Source: the human T2T-CHM13v2.0 reference genome, Homo sapiens. From it: a stretch of 64,000 nt of DNA. Location of the stretch: assembly GCF_009914755.1 (NCBI RefSeq), contig NC_060925.1. One strand, written 5' to 3'. The position numbers and the translations under genes were made by a program. A model generated the notes under the pieces. That model did no database searches. It had not been told where the DNA came from and worked only from the letters and a program-made list of their open reading frames with translations. Shown one piece after another: positions 15,985 through 29,244 of this stretch (its first letter is position 1; the number at the start of each line of letters is the position of its first letter).

Positions 15985-16297
15985 GGTAGGACACAGTGGC
16001 TCATGCCTGTAATTCTAGCACTTTGGGAGGCTGAGGCAGGAGGGTCACTTGAGGTCAGGAGCTTGAGACTAGTCAGGCCAACATGGTGAAATCTCATCTC
16101 TATTAAAAATACAAAAATTAGCTGTGCATGGTGGCACATGCCTGTATTCCCAGCTACTTGAGAGGCTGAGGAAGGAGAATTGCTTAAACTCGGGAGGCAG
16201 AGGTTTCAGTAAGCTGAGATGGTGCCATTACACTCCAGAGTGAGACTCTGTCTCAAAACAAAACAAAACAAAACAAAACAAAACAAAACAAAACAAA
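15985..16297 (+). mobile_element. AluS with (CAAAA)n tail
   Basis: Full Alu with a short deletion near the 3' end and a pentanucleotide tail. Confidence 0.93.
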
Positions 16298-16684
16298 AGA
16301 CTTAGAAAACATGAGGCCTGAAACCATAAAACTACTAGAAGAAAACATAGAGGAAACGCTTCATGACATTGGTCTGGAGAGAGGGATCTTGCGTATGACC
16401 CTACAAACACAGGCAACAAAATAGACAAGTGGGATTGCTTACAACTAAAAAGTCTCTGCACAGCAAAGAAAACAATTTAGAGTAAAGAGAGAATTCACAG
16501 ATTGGGAGAAAACTATTTTCAAATAATACATCAGATAAAGGTCTAATATGCAAAATATACAAGAAACATAAGTTACTCAGTAACGAAAAACAAATAATGC
16601 AATTAACACATGGGCAAATAGTTGAATATACATTCCTCAACAGAAGACACACCTATGGCCAACAGATATATCAAAAAATGCTCA

Positions 16685-16972
<288 letters not shown>

Positions 16973-17764
16973 TCAAGACAGCCATTTTGGAAAACAGTAT
17001 GAAACTTCCTTGAAAAATCTCAGAACTACTATATGACCCAGCAGTCTCACTACTGTGTATATACCCAGAGGAACTTAAATCAGTATGTTAAAGAGATGCC
17101 TGCACTCTCATGATCTATATATGAGCTACATACGAGCATTATATAGCTATATTAACAGTCACTAAGATATAGAAATAACCTAAGTGTACATCAATGGATG
17201 AATACATTTTTTAAATGTGGTATATATACACAATGGAATTCTATTCAGCCATTAAAAAAAAACAGGAAATTCTCTTGTTTGAGACAGCATGGATAAACCA
17301 AAAGCATATTATGTTACATAAAATAATCCAGACACAGACAGACAAATACCTTATGGTCTCACTTATATATGGAATCTAAAAAAGCTAAACTCATGGAAGT
17401 ACAGAGTAGAATGGTGGCTACCAGAAGCTGCAGAAAATGGGGCAGGGGGAATGAATGGGGAAAGGGGAAACGTTGGTCAAATCAGTATAACGTAATCCAG
17501 TTAGATAGGAGGAATACATTGTGGTGTTCTGCACAGCATGACTACAGTTAATAATAATGTACTGTACATTTTAAAACAGCTACAAGAGAGGAGTTTAAAT
17601 GTTCTCACCACAAAAAAAGGATAAATATTTGAGGTGATGGATATGCAAATTTGCCTGATCTGATCATTCCACAATAAATACACTTATCAAAATGTCATAT
17701 TGTACCCCACAAATAGATAAAATTAGATTCTGTCAATTAAGAATAAAATAAACTTTTAAAAAAG

Positions 17765-17930
17765 AGAGAGACAGAAAGGAGAGAATTGGAGACAATGAGT
17801 ATAGGATTTTTACTCAAGAGGACAGAAATAGGACAATAACTGAAGGGGTAGTGGAGTGGAGCCAGGGATTGCTTGGAAGATGGGAGAAAAAACATGTTTG
17901 TCTGCTGATAGGGAGTCCTCATAAAAAGAA
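17765..17930 (-). mobile_element. L2 fragment (right part)
   Basis: ggagacaatgagtatag...aagatgggaga...catgtttgtctgctgat matches L2. Confidence 0.65.
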
Positions 17931-18308
17931 TACCCAATCGTGACTTGTGAATTTCCTTGAAGTGTTAGAATAACAGAAGAGGCAGGGGAAGGGAGTTAAA
18001 ATGCAAGTCATTTCTTGAGGGTAGCCGCAATTTGTGCTGCAAAGGAACTGTGGTTGTGGTTGTGGTTGGTGATTGAGATTTCCCTTACAGTTAATCACAA
18101 GTCATTTGTTAAAGAGCCTCAGTACACCATGTAATGTTTAATCTGCAGCCATTTCTTTTGTAGCTATATCTAACACAAAGCAGAGATGCTTGCATTTTGC
18201 CTACCATGGAGCTGTGTACATTCCCAAGGTGGGTGATATGTATGTGTGTGTTTATATAGATATATATTTTTTACATAAATATTTTTATATAGTGTGAGTA
18301 TATGTATA

Positions 18309-18842
<534 letters not shown>

Positions 18843-19138
18843 TATATATGTAGATAGTTGAAAACCCACAATTCCTTTCAGCTCTAATAATCCTTGAGCT
18901 CATCACACCACATAAAACATGTAGATTTCTTATTAAAGTGACAGATTGGAAAATACACAATATGCAGGAAAGGGATAAAAAAAAAATGGTATCAAAGAAG
19001 TAGGCAAGGGCCAGAACATGTGAGGCTAACAAGTGATCACAGTACGTGTCATATAAGGAGTGCTACAATGATGTGTGTATATAGTTCTAGGGGCTTTGAG
19101 AAGAGTCACGTACATTCCACTTTGCAATGGTGCAGGGT

Positions 19139-19232
19139 GGTAGCAATGGCTGGTAACAAGTGATCAAAGGGGGCTCCAGATTAAAGGGGGCTCCAGGAGG
19201 TAGCAATGGCTGGTAACAAGTGATGAAAAGGG
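19139..19232. repeat. Tandem duplication with 60-bp period
   Basis: ggtagcaatggctggtaacaagtgat at 19139 and 19199; aaagggggctccag twice within the unit. Confidence 0.85.
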
Positions 19233-19399
19233 CCCTAGAAGGTCCAAAAGGTCAAATCTATTCAGGAGAGAGTCTTGAAGAACAGTCAGGCACTAGTCAG
19301 GCTACCAAGAGTTCAACCCATGTCTAGTTCTTTCTAATGCCTTCCTCTCCTTCTCCTCGATACTCCGTAGGTCAGGCCACTCATACGTGGATCACTGGA

Positions 19400-19905
19400 G
19401 CTTTTTTCTTCAGTGTTTCAAACATGCTGCTTGGTCTGACATACAAATGACCTTCCCCATCTCTCTCTAGACTATTGTGGCTATCTCCTGAATGGTCTTC
19501 CTGCTTTCAATATCTATCTCCCACTTGCTTTTTAAAATTCTGTTTGTTTTTAAACTGCAATGTTAAAGGCTCAAATCAATCTCCCACTTTAAATCCACCA
19601 TTCAAAACTACCATTTCAGAATTCTCCTTTCTCAACGCAGAAATTGTACACTGCCCCTGTGCTTACGAATAATAATAAACTTAGATGATTTCCCATTCAC
19701 CACTGCAGGATGAAGTCAGACTCCTTAGGGTGCCATATTGGATCCTCTGCACACTGGCTCCACTCTGCTTTTCCAGTCTCAGCTCTTACCACCTCTCCCA
19801 TTATCTCTGCAATAGTACTGCCACAAATAAGTGCATTTCTCTCATGCCTGTGTCCATAGTTTCATTCTTTGTTCTGTCTGGATTCCTTTTATTTTTTTTC
19901 TACCT
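19400..19905 (+). mobile_element. L2 fragments
   Basis: Pyrimidine-rich L2-like motifs such as aggatgaagtcagactccttag...ctggctccactctgcttttccag. Confidence 0.55.
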
Positions 19906-20670
19906 GGAAGAAAGAGAGAAAGTGAGAGAGGGAGAGATTAATTAAATCGAAGGGTTTTAATAGAGAACAAAATGAGTACTCCATTGAAAACAAAACAAAA
20001 ATCTTCAGCCTATCATAGAGAAGCCTACCATAGAATTCTACTAAGCATGTTATGAGGACTGGAAGAAATTCACAGATAGAGAAAATTAACGAACTTGGAG
20101 GAACTTAAATATAACCTGAACACTCTTCCTCTACAGGGGTTAAAAGTAATTCCATGAAATCATGCTTACAATAAAGAGATCTTGTGTTGATAAATGGACT
20201 ACCGGACAGTTCAAGAAGCATATTCGTCCTCGATATTCTTCCTGATTAAAGTCATGCTACATGCCATAGGGCCAAAGTTAAATTTGATCCAGAAAGTCTA
20301 GCCAATAATGTAGGAAATAACCCTGGACAAGAATTTCTGTTCTTTAAAGACATCCATCCCAGAAATGCAATTAAGAAAATTTTGGACTCCAGAATATTTG
20401 AAAGTCTGGGAGTTTTGTTGACATTCTGGAGGACAAACAAATTTTTTTAAAATGGAATATTAGGAATAAATACTTAAAGAAACCAATAAACAAAAATACA
20501 AATATCTCTGAAGAAGGGACTGGGTTAAAGATCCATGGGCTTGAAGAAGTCAGCCAAAACATGGTGAAATATCTGCTTGTCATGCTGAAACCAAGTATAA
20601 ACATTATGTAAAGAAATGGGATAAGATTTTGAAAAGACTATAATTTATACAGATGTTAGAAGTAAGTATA

Positions 20671-20727
20671 AGTATAAGGTATCCTATAAAGTATAAGATA
20701 TCCTATAAAGTATAAGGTATCATATAA
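20671..20727. repeat. 19-bp tandem repeat, 3 copies
   Basis: agtataaggtatcctataa / agtataagatatcctataa / agtataaggtatcatataa. Confidence 0.85.
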
Positions 20728-21346
20728 AACTGAAAAATATAAAAATATTCCCAATGAAGGTAGAGGTAATAAAGACAAGGTAAAGTTTAAACAATTACTT
20801 GGGAGCCAAATCCAGCCCAACACGTTTAAGATTTCTGAGCTAAAGTCCTACAAGGCAATACTGTTTTCATCTAGCACTCTTTTTCTTTTGAGATGAATGC
20901 CATTGAATTTTAGTTACATGAGTAAGTGACGACCTCAGGCCATATGTAAGTGTTACAGCTAATAGGCCAGGTGAGGTCCCAGCTGGAAGGCGGCATCAAC
21001 CATGTATGTGAGTAAGGAAGGTTTCAAGGCAACTGTAGCCCCAGTCTGACTGCGTGAGAAATCCTGAGCAAGAACCACCTGAGTTCAATCAAAGCTCTCC
21101 AATCATGAGAAAAAGCAATAAAATGATAATTGCCGGGTTTTTTTTTAAGCCATTAAGATTTGGGGTGATTAATTATGCAGGATATAGACTGGAGCAGATT
21201 TTGGTAACTGCAAATGGGGTGCTGCCACATAAAACATGGGAGCAAGCAGTGGGAGGAAGTTAGAAGCACCTTGAGAATACTGTTAGCTGAAGTCTAATGG
21301 CCCTCAAGGGGGCTATTGGTAAGGGCTTAAAGAAAAGTGAGACAAA

Positions 21347-21947
21347 TGTTCCTGGAACATGAACCCAAAAGTGTCTGAGACAGATCTCTGTCAAAAAAAA
21401 TGTTTATTTTGCCAAAGTCAAGGACACACTTGTGACACAGCCTCAGGATGTCCTGATGACATGTGTCCAAGGTGGTCTGAGTACAGCTTGGTTTTGTACA
21501 TTTTAGGGAGACGTGAGACATCAATCAATACATGTAAAATATACATTGGTTCAGTCTGGAAAGGTGGGACAGCTCAAAGCAGGGACTTCCAGGTCATAGA
21601 GAGATTTAAAATCTTTCTGATTGGCAATTTGTGAAAGAGTTATTATCAATAGAAAGAAATGTCTGGGTTGCAAAAAGAGGCTGTGGAGACCTAGGTTTTA
21701 TCATGCAGATGAAGCTTCCAGGTAGCAGGCTTCAGAGAGAATAGATGTAAATGTTTCTTATCAGACTTAAAGAGTCTGTTCCATCAGCAATTCCAAAAGA
21801 AAGGAGGGTATAATGAGGCATGTCCAGCTCCCCCTTCCCATCATGGCCTGAACTAGTGTTTTCAGGTTAACATTGGAATGCCCTTGGCTGAGAGGGGGGA
21901 TCCATTTGGATGGTTGGAGGGCCTTAAAATTTTATTTTTGGTTTACA
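21347..21947 (-). mobile_element. MER4-family (ERV1) solo LTR
   Basis: tg...ca termini ending ttttatttttggtttaca; core gacacagcctcagga...gacatgtgtccaaggtggt; 4-bp TSD caaa. Confidence 0.85.
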
Positions 21948-22171
21948 CAAAGTTGGATGAAAGGAGATTGTTGTTATATAGTGATGGTAAGTTTGGTAGA
22001 GTCATTACCTGTGGAAACATGAAAAATAGATAATGTATCACTGAACTGATGGATCCAGCTAAGGGGATTTCCAGACAGACATCAAAAGTGTCACCTAGTT
22101 TCTTTAAGCTACTTATCATAAGGTACAGATAGAGACAAGCAAAATAAATAATTGGTATATATTAACAATCA

Positions 22172-22710
22172 GCAAAATTAAAAATAGAAGTACTATATAA
22201 TCCAGCAATTTCAGTTCTGGATATATATCCAAAAGAACTACAAACAGGATCTCAAAGAGATATTTGTCCACTCATGTTCATTGCAGCATTATTCACAATA
22301 GCCAGGAGGTAGAAGCAACCTAAATGCCCGCTGACAGATGAATGGGTAAAACAAAATGCAGTGTATGCATACAATAGAATATTATTCAGTCTTAAAAAGG
22401 AAGGAAATTCTGTCATGTTACAAAGTAGACATATGTGAAATCAGTCACAAAAAATACTGCATGACTCACTTATATGAGGTATCTAAAGTAGTCAAAATTA
22501 TAGAAACAGAAAGTAGAATGGTAGTTGCCAGAGGCTGGTGGAAGATGGAGGTGAGGAGTTGTTATTTGGCATATAAAGAGTTTCAGCCATGCAAGATGGG
22601 GAGGTTTGTATGACACAGAGCATCCAGCTGACAATATTATACTTGGAAATTGTTGGGAGGGTAAATTTTATAGTACATGTTTCTTTACTACAATGGAAAA
22701 TATATTAAAA
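22172..22710 (+). mobile_element. L1MB 3' fragment
   Basis: ccagcaatttc...ggatctcaaagagatatttg...gaaagtagaatggtagttgccagagg. Confidence 0.85.
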
Positions 22711-23959
22711 ATCCAGAACTTCCTAGGTGTCAACACAATGCTGTTTTTTATTTTCAGGCTCTTCACATGAAAAACAATGTTAAAAATTAAGAAATGGCTT
22801 TTAGACAGAGATCAAATCAAGTTCACTTTCAAGAAAATATGGTCTAGAGAGAAAGGCAAGAGTGTGACTGTACAACTCTTTAAGATCTTGAAAAGATTTG
22901 AAGGGTACATCACAGACCTTTGCAAGTAGACAAAAGTCTCTATTAAAATCTTAAAAGCATTTCTTGAAGATCCTCTGAATTAAACAATGGGGCTTTTAAA
23001 AATCTTTAAGTTGTCCCACAGCAACCTTACAGGGAGCCCAACATAGAAAGGGCTTATTTTTATTCTTATTTGTGAGTGTGGCTTTTGTTGAATGAATCAA
23101 ACCCCAATAAGATTCTTAGGAAACCTACCATATTTTTCGAGAATTGCACTGCTGAAAACATACTCAGCTTGGATTAAGAGGTACAGAGACATTATAAAAT
23201 GAAAGGTGGCCTTTGGATCTTTGAACTACTATAAGTAGACACAAGCTGAAAAAAAGAAAAAAATGTACTTAGCTGCAAACACTAGCCATTTCTTATAGAA
23301 AAGAAAGAATGATTCACATAGTAGTTGCAAAAATGGTACAGAGGTCCCAGGTACCCTTTACCTAGCCCCCAATGATGATGTGTTAGATAACCAAACCTGT
23401 ATTTAGTATGTCTTTTCCTCTCTCTCTCTCTCTCTCTCTTTCTAACTGCTTTTTAAATTTACTCTTTATCTTTGTTTTTCAGCTCTTTGATTATGATGTG
23501 CCCAGATATTTTTCTTTGGGGTTTGCTCAGCTTCTTGGATTTATGAGTTGATGTCTTTCGTTAATTTTTAGAGCCTACTCAGTCATTATCTCTTCATTTT
23601 CCTCACTTGAATACTTTCTATTTCCTGTATTTAAATTCATTGATTCTTTTTTCCCTTGCTGTGTCCTGTTTGCTTTTAAGCTCATCTAATAAATTCTTCT
23701 CTTCTGATATCATATTTTTTATTTCTAATTTTTCCATTTGGTTCCTTTGTAAAAAAATAGATTCAATGTCTATGCCAAATTTCTCTTCTTTGCTTGCATG
23801 TTGTCCACCTTTTTCTACTAGATTGCTTAGCATTTTTAAATAGTTATTTTAAAGTTATTGTCCAACATTCTAATGTCAGGGCCATTCCTGAGTCTGTTTC
23901 TATTGGGTGTTTTCTTTCTTATTTTTCCATCAGTTACATTTTCTTTTCTTTTCCTGTTT

Positions 23960-24545
23960 TTTATTTATTTTATTTCATTTTATTTTTTTTGAGACAGGGT
24001 CTTGGTCTGTCACCCAGGCTGTAGTGCAGTGGCATGATCACGGCTCACTGCAGCCTCAACCTCCCAGCCCCAAGTGATCCTCCTGCCTCAGCCTCCTCAG
24101 TAGCTGGGATTGTAGGCATGCACCATCGTGCCCAGCTAATTTTTTTTTTTTTTTTTGAAACGGAGTTTCACTCTGTCGCCCAGGCTGGAGTGCAGTGGTG
24201 TGATCTTGGCTCACTGCAAGCTCCACCTCCTGGTTCACATCATTCTCCTGCCTCAGCCTCCTGAGTAGTTGGGACTACAGGCGCCCACCACCATGCCCGG
24301 CTAATTTTTTGTATTTTTAGTACAGACAGGGTTTCACCATGTTATCCAGGATGGTCTTGATCTCCTGACCTTGTGATCCTCCCGCCTCGGCCTCCCAAAG
24401 TGCTGGGATTACAGGCGTGAGCCACCGCACCCAGCCGTGCCCAGCTAATTTTTAAATTTTTTGTAGAGATGGAGTCTCACCATGTTGCCCAGGCTGGTCT
24501 TGAACTCCTGGCCTCAAGTAATCTTCCTGCCTTGGCCTCCCAAAC
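23960..24545 (-). mobile_element. AluJ split at its linker by a younger Alu
   Basis: Right arm 23960-24140 and left arm 24437-24545. Confidence 0.9.
24141..24436 (-). mobile_element. AluY/Sc nested in AluJ
   Basis: ctgcaagctcc; TSD gtgcccagctaat at 24128 and 24437. Confidence 0.93.
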
Positions 24546-25100
24546 ATTTTCTTGCCTCTGTGTGTCTTGTGATTTTTTATTAATCTCTTGACTTTCTGCA
24601 TCCTAACAGGAAGAAGTCTGTAGCTTCCTTTTTCCATTTATCATCAAAACAAATGCTTTTCCATATTATTATATACTCTTGCTAATCATCATTTTTAATA
24701 ATTGCAAAATATTTCATTTGATCATTCTTTCATTGTTAGACATTTAGTTGGTTTCTCATTCTTCTCTCTGATTGCATACAGGATGATATGTATAAAAAAT
24801 AGTAAAGAATGAAGTAAATAATATTTTTCTCTAGAAAAGTGAATGTCCTTCCTTATGTCAGGCCACTAGAGCTGGGGACTGGATCAATCTGTCCAGTAGT
24901 TGAGCTGAATCAGGGCTTTGTTGCATCTTTAGTTTGATAATAATCATTATCAAACAAAAGATGATTTGTTATATCTTTAGTTCACTATTGTCTCTAAATG
25001 TTTTGATGGTAGAATTAGGATTTTCTTTTCCGCAGGGCTTGAGGTCTGAGCAATGGCAAGTTTCCAGAGATCTTTTTGTACTTTACAGCTGGGTTATCAG

Positions 25101-25347
25101 TTTTTTGTTTGTTTGTTTGTTTGTTTTTTGAGACAGAGTCTCACTCTGTCACCCAGGCTGAAGTGCAATGGTACGATCTCAGCTCACTGTAACCTCCGCC
25201 TTCCGGGTTCAAGCAATTCTCCTGCCTCAGCCTCCTGAGTAGCTGGGATTGCAGGCACATGCCACCACCCCTGCTTATTTTTTTGTATTTTTAGTAGAAA
25301 CAGGGTTTCACCATGTTTGTCAGGCTGGTCTTGATCTCCTGACCTCA
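25101..25347 (-). mobile_element. AluS, 5'-truncated
   Basis: Alu body with (TTTG)n tail. Confidence 0.9.
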
Positions 25348-26667
25348 TGGTTTTCAGTTCTTTAAGTGACGGGTGATTTTCTCCTTTACAGCTTGGCTGT
25401 CAGCTTTTGTGGTTATTGAGGAGTTCTCTTTGCTCTCCAGTACTACCCCCAGCTTTCTATACCTCAGGAGATACCTGTTTTACTGTCCTGCAGTCTTTGG
25501 AGGACAGTTCTTTCCACTCTCTGAAAACCTAGATTGCTTGAGCAAGATTTCTGTCAGCACTTTTTCTCCTCCCCAAGCATTTGGAACTGAAAGCTACAGG
25601 TATTTAGGTTGGACTTCTCTGAGCTCTCCTCCTCTGCCTCCCTCATTCCAAGGGCAGCTGCATTGCACTTAGAAGATGCTTTGCACACCTGAAAAGGTAT
25701 CTGTCTCCGTGCTATCCTGCCCAGTCACATGTATGCTATCCTCGAGCATCCTGTGAAAAGTTAATGAAAGAGTTTGTGGGTGGGTACACACTTGCTATGT
25801 GGCTGGGGATCCTTTGAATTCCGATCTGTTATGTCCAACCACATATGGCTATTATATTTGTTAAAGTTTTGGTTGGCTTCTCTTTGTCCACCAGGTAAGG
25901 CAGAGTCCTCTTTTTCCTGCCATTACATCAGGAATAAGAGAAGACATGAACTCTTTCTCTTCTGTGAACACTTGTTGCCTTCTGAAGTTTCGCTTATTTA
26001 GGTTTATTTGCATCCTCAGTTCTCTGGGAAGTTTTAAAAATATTATTTTATAGCTTATCTGTCTTGCTTTTGGTGTTAGGATGAGAACGATGGTCTCTTG
26101 TGACTTTCTACATCCTAACAGGAAAAGGAAGTCTGCAGCCTCCTTTTTTTTCACTTAACATCAAAACAAACACTTTCCTATGTTATTATAAACTCTTGCT
26201 AATAGTCATTTTTAATGGTTGCCAAATATTTCATTGAATAGGTTAATCATTCTTCTATTAGAATTTAGTTGGTTTCCAATATTTCTATAGACAATCAAAA
26301 AAAATTTTAAATCCCTACTCATGCATGACAGTGCATAATGAGAACTGAATTCTTGTTAAAATTCAGTAACATACCTTGAGGTGGCAGGAAGTAAGTGCTT
26401 TTTAATACAGTTTATCAAAGCTTCTCTGAACAAAAATATTCATAATGATGCTAAAAAAGCACACTGTGGATTTTATCAATTTTATATGCATGCTTTTAAA
26501 GTATAAAGCATTATATAAGGCATCTGTTTTATTTGTCCACTAAGCGTCCTCCCTTCCTGCTTCTGGAGGAGGATGAGTAGTGGACAAATAAAACAGATGC
26601 TCCATTTGCAAAAGTCTATTAAAAACGTGTTTTCTAGGAGTAAAAATAATAGAACATGAAATGTAAT

Positions 26668-26817
26668 CAGGGACTCATGTATGGATTTCAGAGGGTCCAT
26701 AAATTCCCTAAAAGGCCACACATAAATGAGCATATTTTTATTTTTCTTGGGAGAGACTCCATAACATTTACCAATTATCAAAGAAGTCCATGATCGTAAT
26801 ATGGTGAAGAATCCTTG
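26668..26817. mobile_element. hAT-Charlie MITE fragment (family uncertain)
   Basis: ggatttcagagggtccat...gggagagactccataac...gtgaagaatccttg. Confidence 0.55.
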
Positions 26818-27014
26818 CCATGGAGCTGATGCATTTAAATAGATTGTGAGCCCTTGCAGGTATCTTAATAGATCAATGACCTCACATGTTTGAAAATAAT
26901 AAATGTACATTTCAACATGCCTAGCCATCATGCATATCACCAGAATAATCTTAATATTAGTAATATATTAGTTTTAGTATTAGTTATTTTATTCATAAAC
27001 TTAGTTTATAAATT

Positions 27015-27135
27015 GGCCTTTCCCACTAGACTGTGAGTTCTTTGCTTTTTATTCATCTGTGTTTGCCTAGGACCTAGCACTGTGCTTAGTAAAATGACAG
27101 ATGTTTAAAAATGTTTGTTGAATAAAGAATGGATA
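27015..27135 (+). mobile_element. L2 3' end
   Basis: ccactagactgtgagttc...cctagcactgtgc...tgtttgttgaataaagaatg. Confidence 0.75.
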
Positions 27136-27482
27136 AATTAATGAACCAATATTAAATGGTTGGTATCTATTTTGAAAAATTAAGGAAACAATATTACATA
27201 GTTGATATCTAATTTTGAAATGTTGGCAGACATCTTCCCTACTCCCTTTCTCTATCATACAAACTAGTTTTTCTTTGTGTCTCACTAAAACCATAGACTT
27301 GACTTTGTCTTACTTTCAATATTCTAAGGTTAGAAACCATAACCCAGAGATAGGAGAGCACGGATAATAATAGCCTGGATGATGAGAAAGGCGTAATCAG
27401 GAAAAGGGCACTGGCTTGACTCAGATCATCCACAAAATGAAAATCAACTTACAAGAAAGTGAAAATGAATTACACATTGTAA

Positions 27483-27772
<290 letters not shown>

Positions 27773-28435
27773 GGACTTTTTTTTTACTAAGTTCTGTAGT
27801 ATCTTATTTTGCCCTTTTTGGACTTATTTATTCCTAATAATAGCCATATTTTGGACTATTAAAAATAACTGATCTAGGATAACACCAGTGGGACTTTCAG
27901 GATTCACCGTTTTATCTCTCAACTTTTCAGAGTAGTATTTAGCCAGGTTGCATTCCCTCACGTGAAACCCTGCAATATGTGCAGATTAGTAAATAAAATG
28001 TTTTCTGCCATTTATGTCATCCACCCCAGAGTTAGGACTCTATCTTACCAGTATTTTATTTACAATAAAATATTTATAATATTACTTATACTATTTTAAC
28101 TTACAATATCAATACCACCATTAATAGGAATAATACCTTGGAACATATTAATATGCTTTCTCTTACTTTTCTGCCTTCGTGAACTTCTCCTTAGTCAGCT
28201 CAAGACATGAAGTTAGGGAATGGCAATTAGAACCGTTACAGAGGAATGCAAAAGGAAAACAGAGAGTTAATATTCGGCTTGTGACATTTAAGATGATATT
28301 TTACACAAAGGCAATAATCTTGCAGGACAGGCTTTATCAAGATAGAGGATTTTTCAAATGCCTTCATCTCCCCCTTGGCGTATCTAGATCTAGGGCTCAG
28401 AAAAAGACACCATAGAGTCTTAGAAAGGGGAAAGT

Positions 28436-29244
28436 AGAATGATGATTTCCAATTTCATCCATGTCCCTACAAAGGACATGAACTCATCATTTTTTATGGC
28501 TGCATAGTATTCCATGGTGTATATGTGCCACATTTTCTTAATCCAGTCTATCATTGATGGACATTTGGGTTGGTTCCAAGTCTTTGCTATTGTGAATAGT
28601 GCCACAATAAACATACGTGTGCATGTGTCTTTATAGCAGCATGATTTATAGTCCTTTGGGTATATACCCAGTAATGGGATGGCTGGGTCAAATCGTATTT
28701 CTAGTTCTAGATCCCTGAGGAATCGCCACACTGACTTCCACAATGGTTGAACTAGTTTACAGTCCCACCAACAGTGTAAAAGTGTTCCTATTTCTCCACA
28801 TCCTCTCCAGCACCTGTTGTTTCCTGACTTTTTAATGATTGCCATTCTAACTGGTGTGAGATGGTATCTCATTGTGGTTTTGATTTGCATTTCTCTGATG
28901 GCCAGTGAATCATCATTCTCAGTAAACTATCGCAAGAACAAAAAACCAAACACCGCATATTCTCACTCATAGGTGGGAATTGAACAATGAGAACACGTGG
29001 ACAGAGGAAGGGGAACATCACACTCTGGGGACTGTTGTGGGGTGGGGGGAGGGGGGAGGGATAGCATTGGGAGATATACCTAATGCTAGATGACGAGTTA
29101 GTGGGTGCAGCGCACCAGCATGTCACATGTATACATATGTAACTAACCTGCACATTGTGCACATGTACCCTAAAACTTAAAGTATAATAATAAAAAAAAA
29201 AATAAATAAATAAATAAAAAATAAAAATAAAAATAATAAAAAAA
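28436..29244 (+). mobile_element. Young L1 (L1PA2-like), 5'-truncated with 5' inversion (twin priming)
   Basis: 28436-28908 antisense ORF2 C-terminus ([21 protein letters not shown]...); 28908-29244 sense 3' UTR and tail; gcattgggagatatacc (GAG, not Ta ACA); flanking repeat agaaaggggaaagtagaa at 28422 and 29245. Confidence 0.95.

Larger units (their letters stand above)
20930..23320 (+). mobile_element. MLT1 (F/H-like) LTR plus internal sequence, interrupted by MER4 and L1MB
   Basis: LTR end tttaagccattaagatttggggtg...tatgcag at about 21190, then the internal start gattttggta...ggggtgctgc; internal sequence resumes at about 21952 and 22711. Confidence 0.7.
23400..26135 (-). mobile_element. 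Old L1ME-type 5'/ORF1 fragments, Alu-interrupted
   Basis: ORF1-like minus-strand peptide 23618-23833; 5' terminus-like ttctacatcctaacaggaaaaggaagtc at about 26105-26133. Confidence 0.6.

Noticed and set aside
19900-20900. Purine-rich stretch that may be HAL1/L1ME ORF1
   Set aside because: Too diverged to assign by eye
26482-26940. 152-aa minus-strand ORF
   Set aside because: AT-rich, overlaps a hAT MITE, no recognisable domain or splice context
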